NCBI RefSeq assembly: GCF_001194135.2
Contig: NC_068990.1
Coordinates: 68,287,236 to 68,327,179 of the forward strand
Length of the DNA stretch: 39,944 nucleotides
Source of the DNA: Octopus bimaculoides
Lineage: Eukaryota
Direction of reading: 5' to 3'
The notes under the pieces: generated by a model
Told to the model about the DNA's origin: nothing
Database searches by the model: none
The model's input: only the letters and a program-made list of their open reading frames with translations
Part shown: positions 12,290 through 24,197 of the stretch, piece by piece
Layout of the letters: each line of letters begins with the position of its first letter
Numbering within the stretch: the first letter of the stretch is position 1
Program-made: the position numbers and the translations under genes

Positions 12290-13223
12290 AAACATGCATT
12301 ACTTCTTACTCCATTTTACTCTTCCGATTATTCGCACTCAATCCCTGTCTGTTGTCAATCCTGTTCCTGCCTCCCAGTCTCCGCCATCTTCGTACAATAT
12401 AATCGCTCTCCTATTTTTACTTCTCATTGTCACCTTACTCTTTGTTTCCACTTCTCACTTCTCTTACTCTCTCTTCCGCATTTTTTCGCTTTCCTCTTAT
12501 TTCCCAGTGTTCTACCAATTTCGTGATTTGCTCTCCCAATCTCTTTTCCTTGTTTTCTTTATTAGAATCACTCCGCTTACATTTTATCTCTCTCTCCTCT
12601 TCTCCCGATCTTCGTTCTCAGTCTGTCCCTTACTCTTTATCTTTCTTTCTTGTACTCTCACTCTCCTTTCTCACCCCCCCTCTCTCTCTCTCTCTCTCTT
12701 TTTCTTCCTTGTTTTCTTTATATCTCTTCCTTTCCAACATTATTTAATTTTCTTTTTTTTTTTCTCTAACCACCCATTCCATCATTCCATACTATCCTAC
12801 TTTCCGCTTGTCTTCTAAATATCACCACCATCACCACAATTTCCCCACCACTTCCATGTGTCACAATTCACTGATATTCTTTGATAATTCATCAGTGAAG
12901 TGGAAAATTACTGAATTGTGACTGAAAGCCGTTGGCTTTCAAACGAATTCCATCATTGTCCTTGCTAAAAATCTTTTTCCCTCAGTCTGCACCGTTTCTC
13001 CATTATATTCCACGTCGCCCTCATTCTCTTCCTCTCTCCTCTTCTCTCTCCCCGCCTCTCTTATCTGCCTACCAATGTTGCTGTCTCCTTTTTGTCTCTC
13101 CCGTTGACATTTCTATCTTTCCCTCTTAAATCCCTGTTCCTTCTCTCTATTGCCATTATGTCATTTTTGCCATCATCTCCCTCTCTCTCCTTTCTTTTCC
13201 TCTCTGTTATTCCCTCCGTTTCT

Positions 13224-13258
<35 letters not shown>

Positions 13259-13620
13259 GTTAGTCCCTCCGTTTCTCTTACTCTCTCTCTCGCTCTCTCT
13301 CTTGCTCTCTCTCTCCTTTCTTTTATTTCCTATTTCACTGTCTTCTCGCCATTATCACATTCTCCATGTTTCTTTTTCTCCCTCTTTCGCTACATCGTTG
13401 CTTGTCTTTAACCACTCTTAATAAATATTTTATAAATCTTCCATCTATATTTCTCTTTCTCTCACACTTTCTCTCAAAGATTGACTGCATAATAGTCTCC
13501 TAACAGACCGACATATACACCATCCAGCCTTACCGTCTCTCTCTACCTCTTTGTCTCTAAATCATTCTCCTCTTATTTTTGCTATCACTCATCTATCTCT
13601 CCTCGGTAAAAAGACATCCC
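12290..13620. repeat. Pyrimidine-rich low-complexity (CT)n/CTTT tract
   Basis: Strong C/T bias on the + strand with multiple (CT)n runs. Confidence 0.85.
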
Positions 13621-13830
13621 TCATGCCTCACTAATTCTTGATTATTGCAGTTTATTATATTTTTGTTATATCTTAATATAGTTATTAATGCACAGAATTT
13701 TCTAGAAACGAAAACAACAGAAAAATAATAAATAAATAAAAGGAAATACTAATGTAGAAAAAAACATAAAAATATAGTAATATATTAATAACAGATAGAC
13801 AGACATGCATATATGTGTGTGTGTGTATGC

Positions 13831-13862
<32 letters not shown>

Positions 13863-14750
13863 NNNNNNNNNNNNNNNNNNNNNNNNNNNNNNNNNNNNNN
13901 NNNNNNNNNNNNNNNNNNNNNNNNNNNNNNNNNNNNNNNNNNNNNNNNNNNNNNNNNNNNNNNNNNNNNNNNNNNNNNNNNNNNNNNNNNNNNNNNNNNN
14001 NNNNNNNNNNNNNNNNNNNNNNNNNNNNNNNNNNNNNNNNNNNNNNNNNNNNNNNNNNNNNNNNNNNNNNNNNNNNNNNNNNNNNNNNNNNNNNNNNNNN
14101 NNNNNNNNNNNNNNNNNNNNNNNNNNNNNNNNNNNNNNNNNNNNNNNNNNNNNNNNNNNNNNNNNNNNNNNNNNNNNNNNNNNNNNNNNNNNNNNNNNNN
14201 NNNNNNNNNNNNNNNNNNNNNNNNNNNNNNNNNNNNNNNNNNNNNNNNNNNNNNNNNNNNNNNNNNNNNNNNNNNNNNNNNNNNNNNNNNNNNNNNNNNN
14301 NNNNNNNNNNNNNNNNNNNNNNNNNNNNNNNNNNNNNNNNNNNNNNNNNNNNNNNNNNNNNNNNNNNNNNNNNNNNNNNNNNNNNNNNNNNNNNNNNNNN
14401 NNNNNNNNNNNNNNNNNNNNNNNNNNNNNNNNNNNNNNNNNNNNNNNNNNNNNNNNNNNNNNNNNNNNNNNNNNNNNNNNNNNNNNNNNNNNNNNNNNNN
14501 NNNNNNNNNNNNNNNNNNNNNNNNNNNNNNNNNNNNNNNNNNNNNNNNNNNNNNNNNNNNNNNNNNNNNNNNNNNNNNNNNNNNNNNNNNNNNNNNNNNN
14601 NNNNNNNNNNNNNNNNNNNNNNNNNNNNNNNNNNNNNNNNNNNNNNNNNNNNNNNNNNNNNNNNNNNNNNNNNNNNNNNNNNNNNNNNNNNNNNNNNNNN
14701 NNNNNNNNNNNNNNNNNNNNNNNNNNNNNNNNNNNNNNNNNNNNNNNNNN
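13863..14750. other. Assembly gap (N run)
   Basis: N bases. Confidence 1.
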
Positions 14751-15147
14751 CTCCTCCTCCTCCTCCTACTACCACTATTACTACTACTACTATTACTACT
14801 ACTACTTCCATCACTATCACTGCTGTTGCTGCTTCTACCACTGTTGCTGCTACTGCCGCTGTTGCTGCTGCTGTTGCCGCCGCTGCTGCTGCCACAACTG
14901 CTGCCGCTACTGCTGCCATTAGCACCATAGCAACTGTCTCTCATCTACCACTGATGTATTTAAAGCAAGTGATAATAGCAACCAAATCTCCCTCAATGCC
15001 TACTGTGTCATCTTAAAATGCGCTGCGTTGCATTAAGTAGTCAACATTAGTATGATTTTTGCTGGAATAATGATTGGATGGCCATGGCTGGAACTCTTTT
15101 ATTCACAGCTACAACAGCAGCTACCATCTACCACTATTATAACCACC

Positions 15148-15183
<36 letters not shown>

Positions 15184-15185
15184 TG
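14751..15185. repeat. Mosaic trinucleotide low-complexity region (CTC/CTA/CTG/CCA)
   Basis: Read directly from sequence; explains the poly-L/S/A/T ORFs. Confidence 0.85.
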
Positions 15186-15499
15186 AAAATGCATGAATAG
15201 ATAGATAACATCTTTCGGAAGACAGAAAAATCACAATCTAGAACAGGCGGAATATCAGCGAGCTGCACAATGTGAAACTGTTCAACATAACGTACTTTTC
15301 CCTATCACATTCTAAACCCCAGAAACATGAACATAAAAATATGGAGAGACATGTAGACACGAAGTATCTAAAATAATGCTTTTGGTGACTATACAAGGGT
15401 GTCATTACGAAACGGGTGTAGATATAATGATGTTCAGACATGATTGCAGAGTTAATCAGATAAATAGAACGAACTCAAATTTTTGGGCAATATAAGAAG

Positions 15500-15900
15500 G
15501 TCATCCAATTACTATGTAGCACAGGCATTCTGTCATGAATCTCCAAACCGTGAACTGTAGTGTATCTTACAGTTCGGTGAATACACGGGGCCACTTCTTT
15601 CACTTTCAGTAAACAAAGAATCTGACCAAAGTGGGTGAGGTTCATCCAAGTGGTTCTGAATCTCTATGTTGAGGCCAAGTTTGCCTTCCATTCTTCCCCA
15701 GGTGCATTCTTTCTGTTTTGTTTCCTGTGAGTCATAAGTCCTGTTATTTTAATAGCTTCTTTCTTCCAACTGTTGCTCTCTGAAACTCGCAACCATTGTC
15801 CTACATCCTCTTGGACTATGATAATCAGTTCTTTAAATGTTTTGGCAATTGACTTCCTTTGAGTTTACAGGCCCTTTCTTGTCTTTCTTTATAGTACCTT
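15500..15900 (-). mobile_element. Penelope-like element fragment (GIY-YIG C-terminus plus 3' region)
   Basis: RYYKERQERACKLKGSQLPKHL then, after a frameshift, SESNSWKKEAIKI..QNRKNAPGEEWKANL; resembles RxKEHxxA...ExNxxKRxxKEAIxI..NRDxG..W of PLE endonucleases. Confidence 0.55.
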
Positions 15901-15958
15901 ACACTACAAATACCTCAAGCCTTATTTGGGACAAAATCGTTTAAAGAGTGGCTGTGCA

Positions 15959-16355
15959 GGAGTGGCTGTGTGGTAAGAAGCTTGCTTAGCAACCACATGG
16001 TTCCGGGTTCATTCCCACTGCGTGGCACCTTGGGCAAGTGTCTCTTACTATAGCCTCGGGCCGACCAAAGCCTTGAGTGGATTTGTTAGACGGAAACTGA
16101 ATGAAGCCCGTCGCATATATGTATATGTATATATATGTATGTGTGTGTTTATGTTTGTGTGTCTGTGTTTGTCCCCCCAGCATCACTTGACAACCGATGG
16201 TGGTGTGTTTACGTCCCCGTAACTTAGTGGTTCGGCGAAAGAGACTGATAGAATAAGTACTAGGCTTAAAAAGAATAAGTCCTGGGGTCGATTTGTTCGA
16301 CTAAAGGAGGTGCTCAAGCATGGTCGCACTCAAATGAGGGAAACAAGTAAAAAAG
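15959..16355 (+). mobile_element. Near full-length tRNA-derived SINE family A (CORE-like)
   Basis: A-box gtggctgtgtggtaag, B-box ggttcattccc, gtggcaccttgggcaagtgtct (CORE-like), internal TA/TG repeat, 3' agcatggtcgcactc..aaacaagtaaaaa. Confidence 0.9.
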
Positions 16356-16844
16356 TACCAATCCAGGGTGGTGGCTTGGTGAAATTGTAAAAAAGAGTGA
16401 GACTAGAAGCCTTGCAGTATTTATTCCGATTCTTAGCATTTTGAGTTCAAATCCCTTCTTGACCTACTTAAGTGCTGGATTCAAGACGTAACCCAGTTTA
16501 ACACCACCACCTGGGTTTTGACTACCTCTAACGGACATAATTTTATTGCAAGAGTTCTACCCAAGTCTCTAATTTGAGAAAAACCTTACCCTGTCTCCCA
16601 CATTGCTCAGACCTACTGATTAAAAAATCAAATATGAACCAATATGTGTGCATATGTGCACGCATACACGCATAATTTATGGTCTAGTAAGTTCAACACA
16701 GACTTATCTCCTATGATATTCTATTTTTAATTAATTTAACACCTTTTCCTACATACGGTTATCCAGTTCAAAGTTCATTTTTCATGAAACACCAAAGAAA
16801 TCCTACATTAACTTCAACATTCAATAGTAACAACAACGAAAATG

Positions 16845-16878
<34 letters not shown>

Positions 16879-16891
16879 TAATAATGATAAC

Positions 16892-16986
<95 letters not shown>
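16845..16986. repeat. (TAA)n microsatellite
   Basis: Read directly from sequence. Confidence 0.97.
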
Positions 16987-16988
<2 letters not shown>

Positions 16989-17112
16989 GTTTCAAATTTT
17001 GTCAGAAGGGCAGCAATTTTTGGAGAGAGGATGAATCGATTACATCGACCCTAGTGTTCAACTGGTACGTATTTTATCAACCTCGAAAGGATGAAAGGCA
17101 GAGTCAACGAAA
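16987..17112 (-). mobile_element. SINE family B 3' half
   Basis: gattacatcgaccctagtg..actggtacgtattttatcaacctcgaaaggatgaaaggcagagtcaac. Confidence 0.85.
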
Positions 17113-17113
17113 C

Positions 17114-17240
17114 GAGAAGAAGAAGAAGAAGAAGAAGAAGAAGAAGAAGAAGAAGAAGAAGAAGAAGAAGAAGAAGAAGAAGAAGAAGAAGAAGAAGAAG
17201 AAGAAGAAGAAGAAGAAGAAGAAGAAGAAGGAGGAGGAGG
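17114..17240. repeat. (GAA)n(GAG)n microsatellite
   Basis: Read directly from sequence. Confidence 0.97.
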
Positions 17241-17254
17241 AAATGAAGGAGAAC

Positions 17255-17845
17255 AAGGAACGAACTTGATAAAAAGAAAGTCAGAAAACCAACGCAAAAT
17301 TTGTGTAAAAGGGGACAAAAATATTAGCAATCTAAGTAAATGTAGTAAGTTAACATTAAAGGAATATAAGCGCTGGTTAAAGAAGTATAGTGGGAAGTTA
17401 GACGAGTGTGTGGATTGAAGGTAGCAACTAGTGACATGAACATGAGCGAAATCTGTGGACAGAGAATAATAAGATAGGATTTTATGGGACTTTCCCATAG
17501 GACTGACCAGAAATTAATTTAGAGGATAAAAGAAAGAAACAGTATTAAAGTCATATGCCTTGCAAACCATATGATTACAAACTGGATGCCAAAATAATTG
17601 GAAAATTAAGAAATATGAGAACCTAGCCAGAGAGGTAAAGAGATTGTAGAAAGGTGAATTTGGTACAGCTAAACTGCTACCTAACACGACAAAGGGTATT
17701 GAAGATAAGACTTGTATTGTTGAACTGCAAGAAAGTGAAGCATTCTGTAAGAATCCCAAGAAAGACTCTTGAAATTTGAGGAGGCATGTCTTCAAACCTC
17801 AAGATAATATTCTTGCTAATTATATTAGCATGTAATAGCTTTTAA
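17255..17845 (+). mobile_element. Old R4/Dong-like LINE 3' fragment (CCHC remnant plus RLE)
   Basis: Across frameshifts: SKCSKLTLKEYKR, HEHE..TENNKI, LWDFPI, KKYENLAREVKRL*, VELQ, RKTLEI*. Confidence 0.75.
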
Positions 17846-17910
<65 letters not shown>

Positions 17911-17935
17911 AATAGTAATGATAATGATGATAATA
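17846..17935. repeat. (TAC)n/(TAA)n microsatellite
   Basis: Read directly from sequence. Confidence 0.9.
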
Positions 17936-17937
17936 AT

Positions 17938-18165
17938 GAGGGTGGAAATAATCACAAAACTGCTCTGTTGGGTACAGCAGGGATTTTCAGATTGGTACTT
18001 GAGCGTTAAGTATCTTCCACGATATCTAACATTTAAGTATCAAGTCATATAATTCGGGGAAAGAGATTCTGGGAGACGCTGGGAAACCTTTAAAAACAGA
18101 CTGCTGTCCGCTCTCACAAAATCAACCAGAGCAAGTAAGAGCGAGTGCTCTGAGAAGTAAAATAC
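17938..18165 (+). mobile_element. R4/Dong-like LINE extreme 3' end plus UTR
   Basis: VEII(frameshift)KTALLGTAGIFRLVLER* followed by ~150 bp UTR and a (CAA)n(TAA)n tail. Confidence 0.75.
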
Positions 18166-18195
18166 AACAACAGCAACAACAAAAACAACAGCAGC

Positions 18196-18239
<44 letters not shown>

Positions 18240-18246
18240 GAACAAG

Positions 18247-18300
<54 letters not shown>

Positions 18301-18313
18301 AATAATAATAATA
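18166..18313. repeat. (CAA)n(TAA)n microsatellite
   Basis: Read directly from sequence. Confidence 0.95.
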
Positions 18314-19250
18314 ATTGAGTATTAACTCTTAATGTGGACATCATGAAATTCTAACGTTGAATTTGGTAAAAACAAAAGCGGATTACAGACATATAACTGA
18401 CAAGCAGACAAACATTTAACTTTATTCCACCAACCAATCTAATATTACATATTTAAGCTGGTTCTATATTGTAATACCATTTACCTATGGAAACGATAGA
18501 AATATTCTCTTTTATATTCTATGTACCTTCAAGATTAATGCTTATCTAACACTGACTTGTATTTTTGGAGTTCTAATTATTTGGCTACGATTTGTGTGTA
18601 GTTTTTATGTTGCTTTATTTAATGTGGAGTATCAACGATTTTAAAATTAACTTAGTGAACACACTGTAAACAAAGAAAACATAACTAATATTGAGATATC
18701 GTGATTTTTAGATTAAAATAAAATAATAGAGGAAATATAGAATTAAAAAAGAAATCGAAAGAGATAAAGAGAGATAAATACAGATATCATAGATTTGTAA
18801 CAGAATTAACACAAGTCTAGCTGCAATAGCCGTATCGATACTGGCAACAATAACAATAACAATAAGGATAGGAATGATATTAGCAATAATAAAAACAACA
18901 ATAATAACAACAAGAACGCAAATACCCAAATGGAAACAAGCAGAACAAGAATAATAATAACAACAACAACAATGGCGGAGAAAGTAATGGTTGTGAGCGA
19001 AACAACGTAGCCATAAACAGTAAAAGAGTTGTACTAACGAAACCGTTTGAAACATCAACTATAATGAAAACATAGTCAACAATAACTACAACAGAATCTA
19101 CAGCTTCATCTGCAGCAGGCACAACAAAAGTAATATCTCTATTAATGAAATTATAATTAACAGCAACAGAAATCAGAATAACACTATGTCAACATCAATA
19201 AAAAAATTTGACAATAGAAACGCCAGTGACAGTAAAATATATCAACAACA
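18313..19250 (+). repeat. Left arm of a long inverted duplication
   Basis: Reverse-complement match to ~23262-24200, e.g. atgaaattctaacgttgaatttggtaaaaacaaaagcggattacagac vs gtctgtaatccgcttttgtttttaccaaattcaacgttagaatttcat. Confidence 0.95.
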
Positions 19251-19504
19251 GTAGCAGCAGCAGCAACGACAACAACAACAGATGTTAACATCCATGCATA
19301 GCAGAATAGCAGCCATAACAGTAGCAGCTAGATATAGCAGCCAAGTATTTGAATCTCTCCCTATCATTTAAAAACAAAAAGTGAGGAAGTTCACATTAGG
19401 AAATGTATTCTCAGAAACACATCTGGATGAAAGATGGGATCGCCACCGTTGGAGTATATATATATATATGAAAATTGTTCCGTACAAGTGGTAAGATCTA
19501 ATAA

Positions 19505-19705
19505 CGGCTCCTAATTTTGACAGAAGGCTAATGGCTTCCCCACGAATAGTTAGTTGACATGATCCTCCTTAGTGCAAGATTAGTACTTTATTTAACGACC
19601 CGGTGACATAATGGGTGAGGTTGATCTCGTAGGTGTTTAAACTCACAGTGTAAAAACATGGAACATATAATGTAAGCAATTTTCCTGACGCTCTAGCGAT
19701 TCCAC
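19505..19705 (-). mobile_element. Degenerate SINE family B copy
   Basis: tagtactttatttaacgacccg..gttgatctcgtagg..tttaaactcac..gacgctctagcgattcc. Confidence 0.55.
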
Positions 19706-20513
19706 TATTCAAATGTAATAGACTGTCGCTACAATAAGGCATTCACACAAATCGCAATACGAAACACCACAACCACCATCAAGCTAAATAACATAGCTCA
19801 CATTGGACATAAAACACTAAAAAAACGTAATGATTGATGAAAGATCCTACAACTATGCAAAACAAAACTGAAAATTCACAAATCATTTCTCTCAGCCTCT
19901 TGCTTCCGAACTTAATAGAATAAGAAAAATGGTACATAAGATATTTCAAAATACATTGAGAGAAAACGTTGGAATATGTAGACAAAAGTTTTGATTAGAT
20001 AAGACTAAGTGAAAAAAGATCTTAGTTGACCGTATAATAGTTTTTTTTATAAAATAATTGTAATGATGAAGAGAGAGTTTTTGCCAGTTGACGAAGAAGA
20101 AACTGATGAGAAATAACGAAGATGGTGGACGAAGGTTTGCAAATATACAAGTGGAAAAAAAATATGGATGACATGCGATGACATGCAAGTATAAAAGTAG
20201 TGTATAGGTATACAAATGTAATTAAAAGAAATAAATATACAAATGTATAAATAAGTATATACATATAGAATTGTAAATAAAAAAGCAAGTATTAAAAAAT
20301 TACAAGGGATAAGATTTTAATACCCGAAAAGAATATTTTGAATTGCAAGTGTGCAAGGTCACCTTTTATATTTCTTCTCATGTGTCGCTCACCCTCTTTG
20401 AATTATTTTGTCTTCTCATCCTGATATTTTGCCCCATTCTCATCAGCTCGTATATTTTGTATGCATCGGTAACAAGCACTCAGGCAATATAAGCCTTTTG
20501 TTCTGATCTCACC

Positions 20514-20974
20514 GAATCAAAACGTGGCACAACCGTTTTGGCACTGCCAATTTGGCACTACCGATTTGGCACCGCCGATTTGGCACCACCGATTTGACAC
20601 CGCCGATTTAGCACCACCGATTTGGCGTCGCTTATTCGACATTAGACGTTCTAATGTTCCCTTATTACAATATTTTCCTCGTTCTACCTTCTCTCTCTCC
20701 CCCCTCTCTCTCTCCCCCTCTCTCTCTGTATATGTGTGAGCATATTTCCTTGTATGTGTATAAGTAGACATATAGTGTTTGTCATTTGGGTTCTATTTAT
20801 AAATTGCAATACCTCTTTCCCTCTTCTCTCTCTCGCACTCTTTCTATCTTCATATTTTCTGCATGCGTGCGTTTGTCGCCAACACCAAAAGTACTGTCAC
20901 CAAAACTGATTGAATGTCCATTCAGCCGTGCCGAAATGTTAGCGTCCAAACAGCTACGCCCACTCGTTTCATTC
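20514..20974. mobile_element. MITE-like non-autonomous DNA transposon with imperfect TIRs
   Basis: Left end gaatcaaaacgtggcacaaccgttttggcac resembles the reverse complement of the right end (gaatgaaacgagtgggcgtagctgtttggacgc); subterminal GCACC/GCGCC-type repeats on both sides. No TSD recognised. Confidence 0.45.
20525..20631 (+). repeat. Tandem array, ~7.5 copies of a 14-bp unit (tggcaccgccgatt)
   Basis: tggcacaaccgttt / tggcactgccaatt / tggcactaccgatt / tggcaccgccgatt / tggcaccaccgatt / tgacaccgccgatt / tagcaccaccgatt / tggcgtcgc. Confidence 0.9.
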
Positions 20975-21092
20975 TGTAAACACTCGTCTAAATATTTAAA
21001 CATTTCTACAGCTTGTTTCAAACATCTCTATATTTCTGGCTATAACATAATAACAAAGGCCTCGTAGAATCGAAGTACTTGTCTGCGTTTAG

Positions 21093-21150
<58 letters not shown>

Positions 21151-21244
21151 NNNNNNNNNNNNNNNNNNNNNNNNNNNNNNNNNNNNNNNNNNNNNNNNNN
21201 NNNNNNNNNNNNNNNNNNNNNNNNNNNNNNNNNNNNNNNNNNNN
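21151..21244. other. Assembly gap (N run) after (CA)n
   Basis: N bases. Confidence 1.
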
Positions 21245-21334
21245 TCATACCAATAAAAAAAACCAATGTCGAGGTTACATTTGTTTGTATTATCCGTATT
21301 GTTATACCAGATCACTTTTGATATTACCAGAAAA

Positions 21335-21395
21335 TATGAAAGCAAAGTCGATCTCGGCAGAATTTGAACTCAGAATATAAAGACGCAGATGCAGC
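21335..21395 (-). mobile_element. SINE family B internal fragment
   Basis: tgaaagcaaagtcgatctcggcagaatttgaactcagaat. Confidence 0.7.
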
Positions 21396-21559
21396 ACGGA
21401 ATGTTGTGAACGAACAGGTCGCGGTTTCAAAGTGACGAAAATATTTTGATAAATTAAATTTAAATGTTGAAGTGAATCTAACGGCTTTTGTGTATTATTT
21501 TAAATGGCTTATAAACACCTTCCATGCTGCAGTTGTTTAATATTACTGTTGGTTATAAA

Positions 21560-21960
21560 GGCTGCGAGGTGGCAGAATCGTTAGCACGCCGGGCGAAATG
21601 CTTGGCGGTATTTCGTCTGTCTTAACGTTCTGTGTTCAAATTCCTCCTTTCATCCTTTCGGAGTCGATAAATTAAGTACCCGTTGCGTACTGGGGTCGAT
21701 CTAATCGACTGGCTCCCTCCACCAAAACTTTCAGGCCTTGTGCCTAAAGTAGAAAAGAATCGTTATCACGCCGAGCAAACTTCTTAATGAGATTTCGTCC
21801 GTCTTTATATTCTGAGTTCAAATCCTGCTGAGGTCGACTTTACCTTTCATATTTTCGGAGGTCGATAAAAGAAGAACCAGTTGAAGACTGGGGTCAACGT
21901 AATCGACTTATCCCCTTGTCTCGAACTTGCTGGCCTTGTGCCACAATTTAAAACTAATAT
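21560..21960 (+). mobile_element. Head-to-tail dimer of SINE family B
   Basis: Copy 1 21560-21760 (ggctgcgaggtggcagaatcgttagcacgcc...); copy 2 resumes at gaatcgttatcacgcc (21757) and runs to 21960. Confidence 0.85.
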
Positions 21961-22500
21961 TACAGTTGATTATGTTACTCCATATTACTATAGATCATTG
22001 TTGTTACTACATTTGGCTGTTACTCTAGATTGGTATTGCTTCTACTTACGGTTATCTTACACATGCTGGTACTATAAACTGGTGTTGATGCTACAGTTAG
22101 TGGTGTAACATATATTGTTACTAAAGATCGGTGTTAAGGTTAAAGATGGTTACTATAGACAGGTGATTGCTTTTATTACAAATAATGTTACTATTGATTG
22201 AGGATACCGCAGTTGGTGGTGTTGTATATATTTTTACGATAGATATTTTTTATTGATATTAGAGTCAGTTGCGTTAAACATATTGTTCCTGTAGATGCAT
22301 GTTGACGTTACTTTAGTTGTGTTACACACTTTTTTTTTTACAATAGATAGATATTGACGTTGCATCCGGTTGTGTTACATATATTGTAACTATAGATCTT
22401 TGTTGTTACACATATAATAATGAAGATTGGTGCTAATCTCACAATTAGTTGCATTACAGGTGCCGTAACAACAGATAGATGTTATAGTTAACATGGAGGT
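21960..22500. repeat. Degenerate minisatellite-like region
   Basis: Recurring catatattgttac, ttactatagat and ttgttgttac motifs. Confidence 0.5.
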
Positions 22501-22540
22501 TAATGATCTTGTCCAAATCTACTTTCAGATATATTCCAAC

Positions 22541-23039
22541 TGTGACACTCCAGTAATTTTATCAGACAGAGAGTATTGTACAGAGATGAACACTAGAGAA
22601 GGTTACGATTTTTGACGAACAAAACTTTGGATTTTTTTGTACACAAAATCAAATACTATCGTTACTATGAATGACAAATGTCGCGTGAGTTTGAATCTAA
22701 TTGTTTGTGGTGTACTTGTGATTGTAGTAAAAACGTTAGTTGCTGGTCGTCATGTTGCTGTCACCGATCGTTCATTGTGGTTGTCTACAGCTATACCCTT
22801 TTGTTTATTGTCTTTCTGCCGTCTCATCTCTGCTGTCTCTCAACGTTCTCTCTGCTGCACCCCAAAGCTCTTTCAAAGTTCTCTGTCAGATAGTCAATGT
22901 GTACTGAATTTATACTGATAGTTAGGCTTAGAAAGAAGTGTGCCGAAAGAGGAAATCGTCTCCGGAGCCTATTTCACGCAAAGTCGTGATTGATGAGATT
23001 TTGTTGATCACATGGGTAATATTCTAGAGAATCGCGACA
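22541..23039 (-). mobile_element. Weak solo-LTR candidate
   Basis: TGT...ACA ends (tgtgacac / tcgcgaca) and AATAAA on the minus strand; no TSD. Confidence 0.2.
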
Positions 23040-23261
23040 TCGGATGATTGCTGAATCTTCCTGCTACAGTACATTTAAGAGCATGTTATCCAATGTGCCC
23101 TTCATTTTTCAAGACTGTAGAGAACAATTCAAAGGAGATCTGGTTGCTATTTCTAGCAACTAGTGGATAAACCAAGTAGAGATTTCCTCCTTGTCTCAAT
23201 TGTAGCTGCTTTTGTTTATTTCTGGTTACAGCAGATGGCATTTATCGTATGTTCTTGATGT

Positions 23262-24197
23262 GGTTGTTGTTGATATATTTTATTGTCACTGGCGTCTTTA
23301 TTGTTAAAGTTGTTGTTGATGTTGACATAGGTTTATGCTGATTTCTGTTGCAGTTAATTATAACTTCGTTAATTGTGATATTACTTTTGTTGTTGCTGCT
23401 GCAGATGAAGCTGTAGATGCTGTTGTTGTTGTTGCTTACATTATTGTAGTTATTGACTGTTTTCATTACAGTTGATGTTTCATATGGTTTCGTTAGTGCA
23501 ACTCTTTTACTGTTTACGGCTAAGTTTTTTTTTTTCGCTCACAACTTAATTTTCCACCATTGTTATTGTTGTTATTATCATTCATGTTCTGCTTGTTTCC
23601 ATTTGGGTATTTGCGTTCTTGCTATTATTGTTACTTGTATTATTTGATAATATCATTCCTGTCCTTGTTTTTATTGTTATTGCTACCAGTATCGATACGG
23701 CTATTGCAGCTAGACTTGTGTTAATTCTGTTACAAATCTATGATATCTGTATTTATCTCTCTTTATCTCTTTCTGTTTCTTTTTTAATTCTATGTTTCCT
23801 CTATTATTTTATTTTAATCTAAAAATCACGATATCTCGATATTAGTTATGTTTTCTTTGTTTACAGTGTGTTCACTAAGTTAATTTTAAAATCGTTGATA
23901 CTCCACATTAAATAAAGCAACATAAAAACCACACACAAATCGTAGCCAAATAATTAGAACTCCAAAAATACAAGTCAGTGTTAGATAAGCATTAATCTTG
24001 AAGGTACAAAGAATATAAAAGAGAATATTTCTANNNNNNNNNNAATATAGAACCAGCTTAAATATGTAATATTAGATTGGTTGGTGGAATAAAGTTAAAT
24101 GTTTGTCTACTTGTCAGTTATATGTCTGTAATCCGCTTTTGTTTTTACCAAATTCAACGTTAGAATTTCATGATGTCCACTTTAAGAGTTGATACTC

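Noticed and set aside
12924-12940. Perfect hairpin gaaagcc-gtt-ggctttc
   Set aside because: A 7-bp stem is expected by chance in 40 kb; the flanks do not complete a hammerhead core, and bacterial terminators are irrelevant here.
15959-16030. tRNA-like A/B boxes here and in other SINE heads
   Set aside because: No complete cloverleaf or anticodon arm, and each continues into a SINE body, so these are not tRNA genes.
19780-20300. Possible transposase remnant in the inverted-repeat spacer
   Set aside because: Fragmentary frames gave no convincing DDE or MULE motif.
20525-20631. Regular repeat array as a possible CRISPR
   Set aside because: Contiguous 14-bp units with no unique spacers, in a eukaryotic context with no cas genes.
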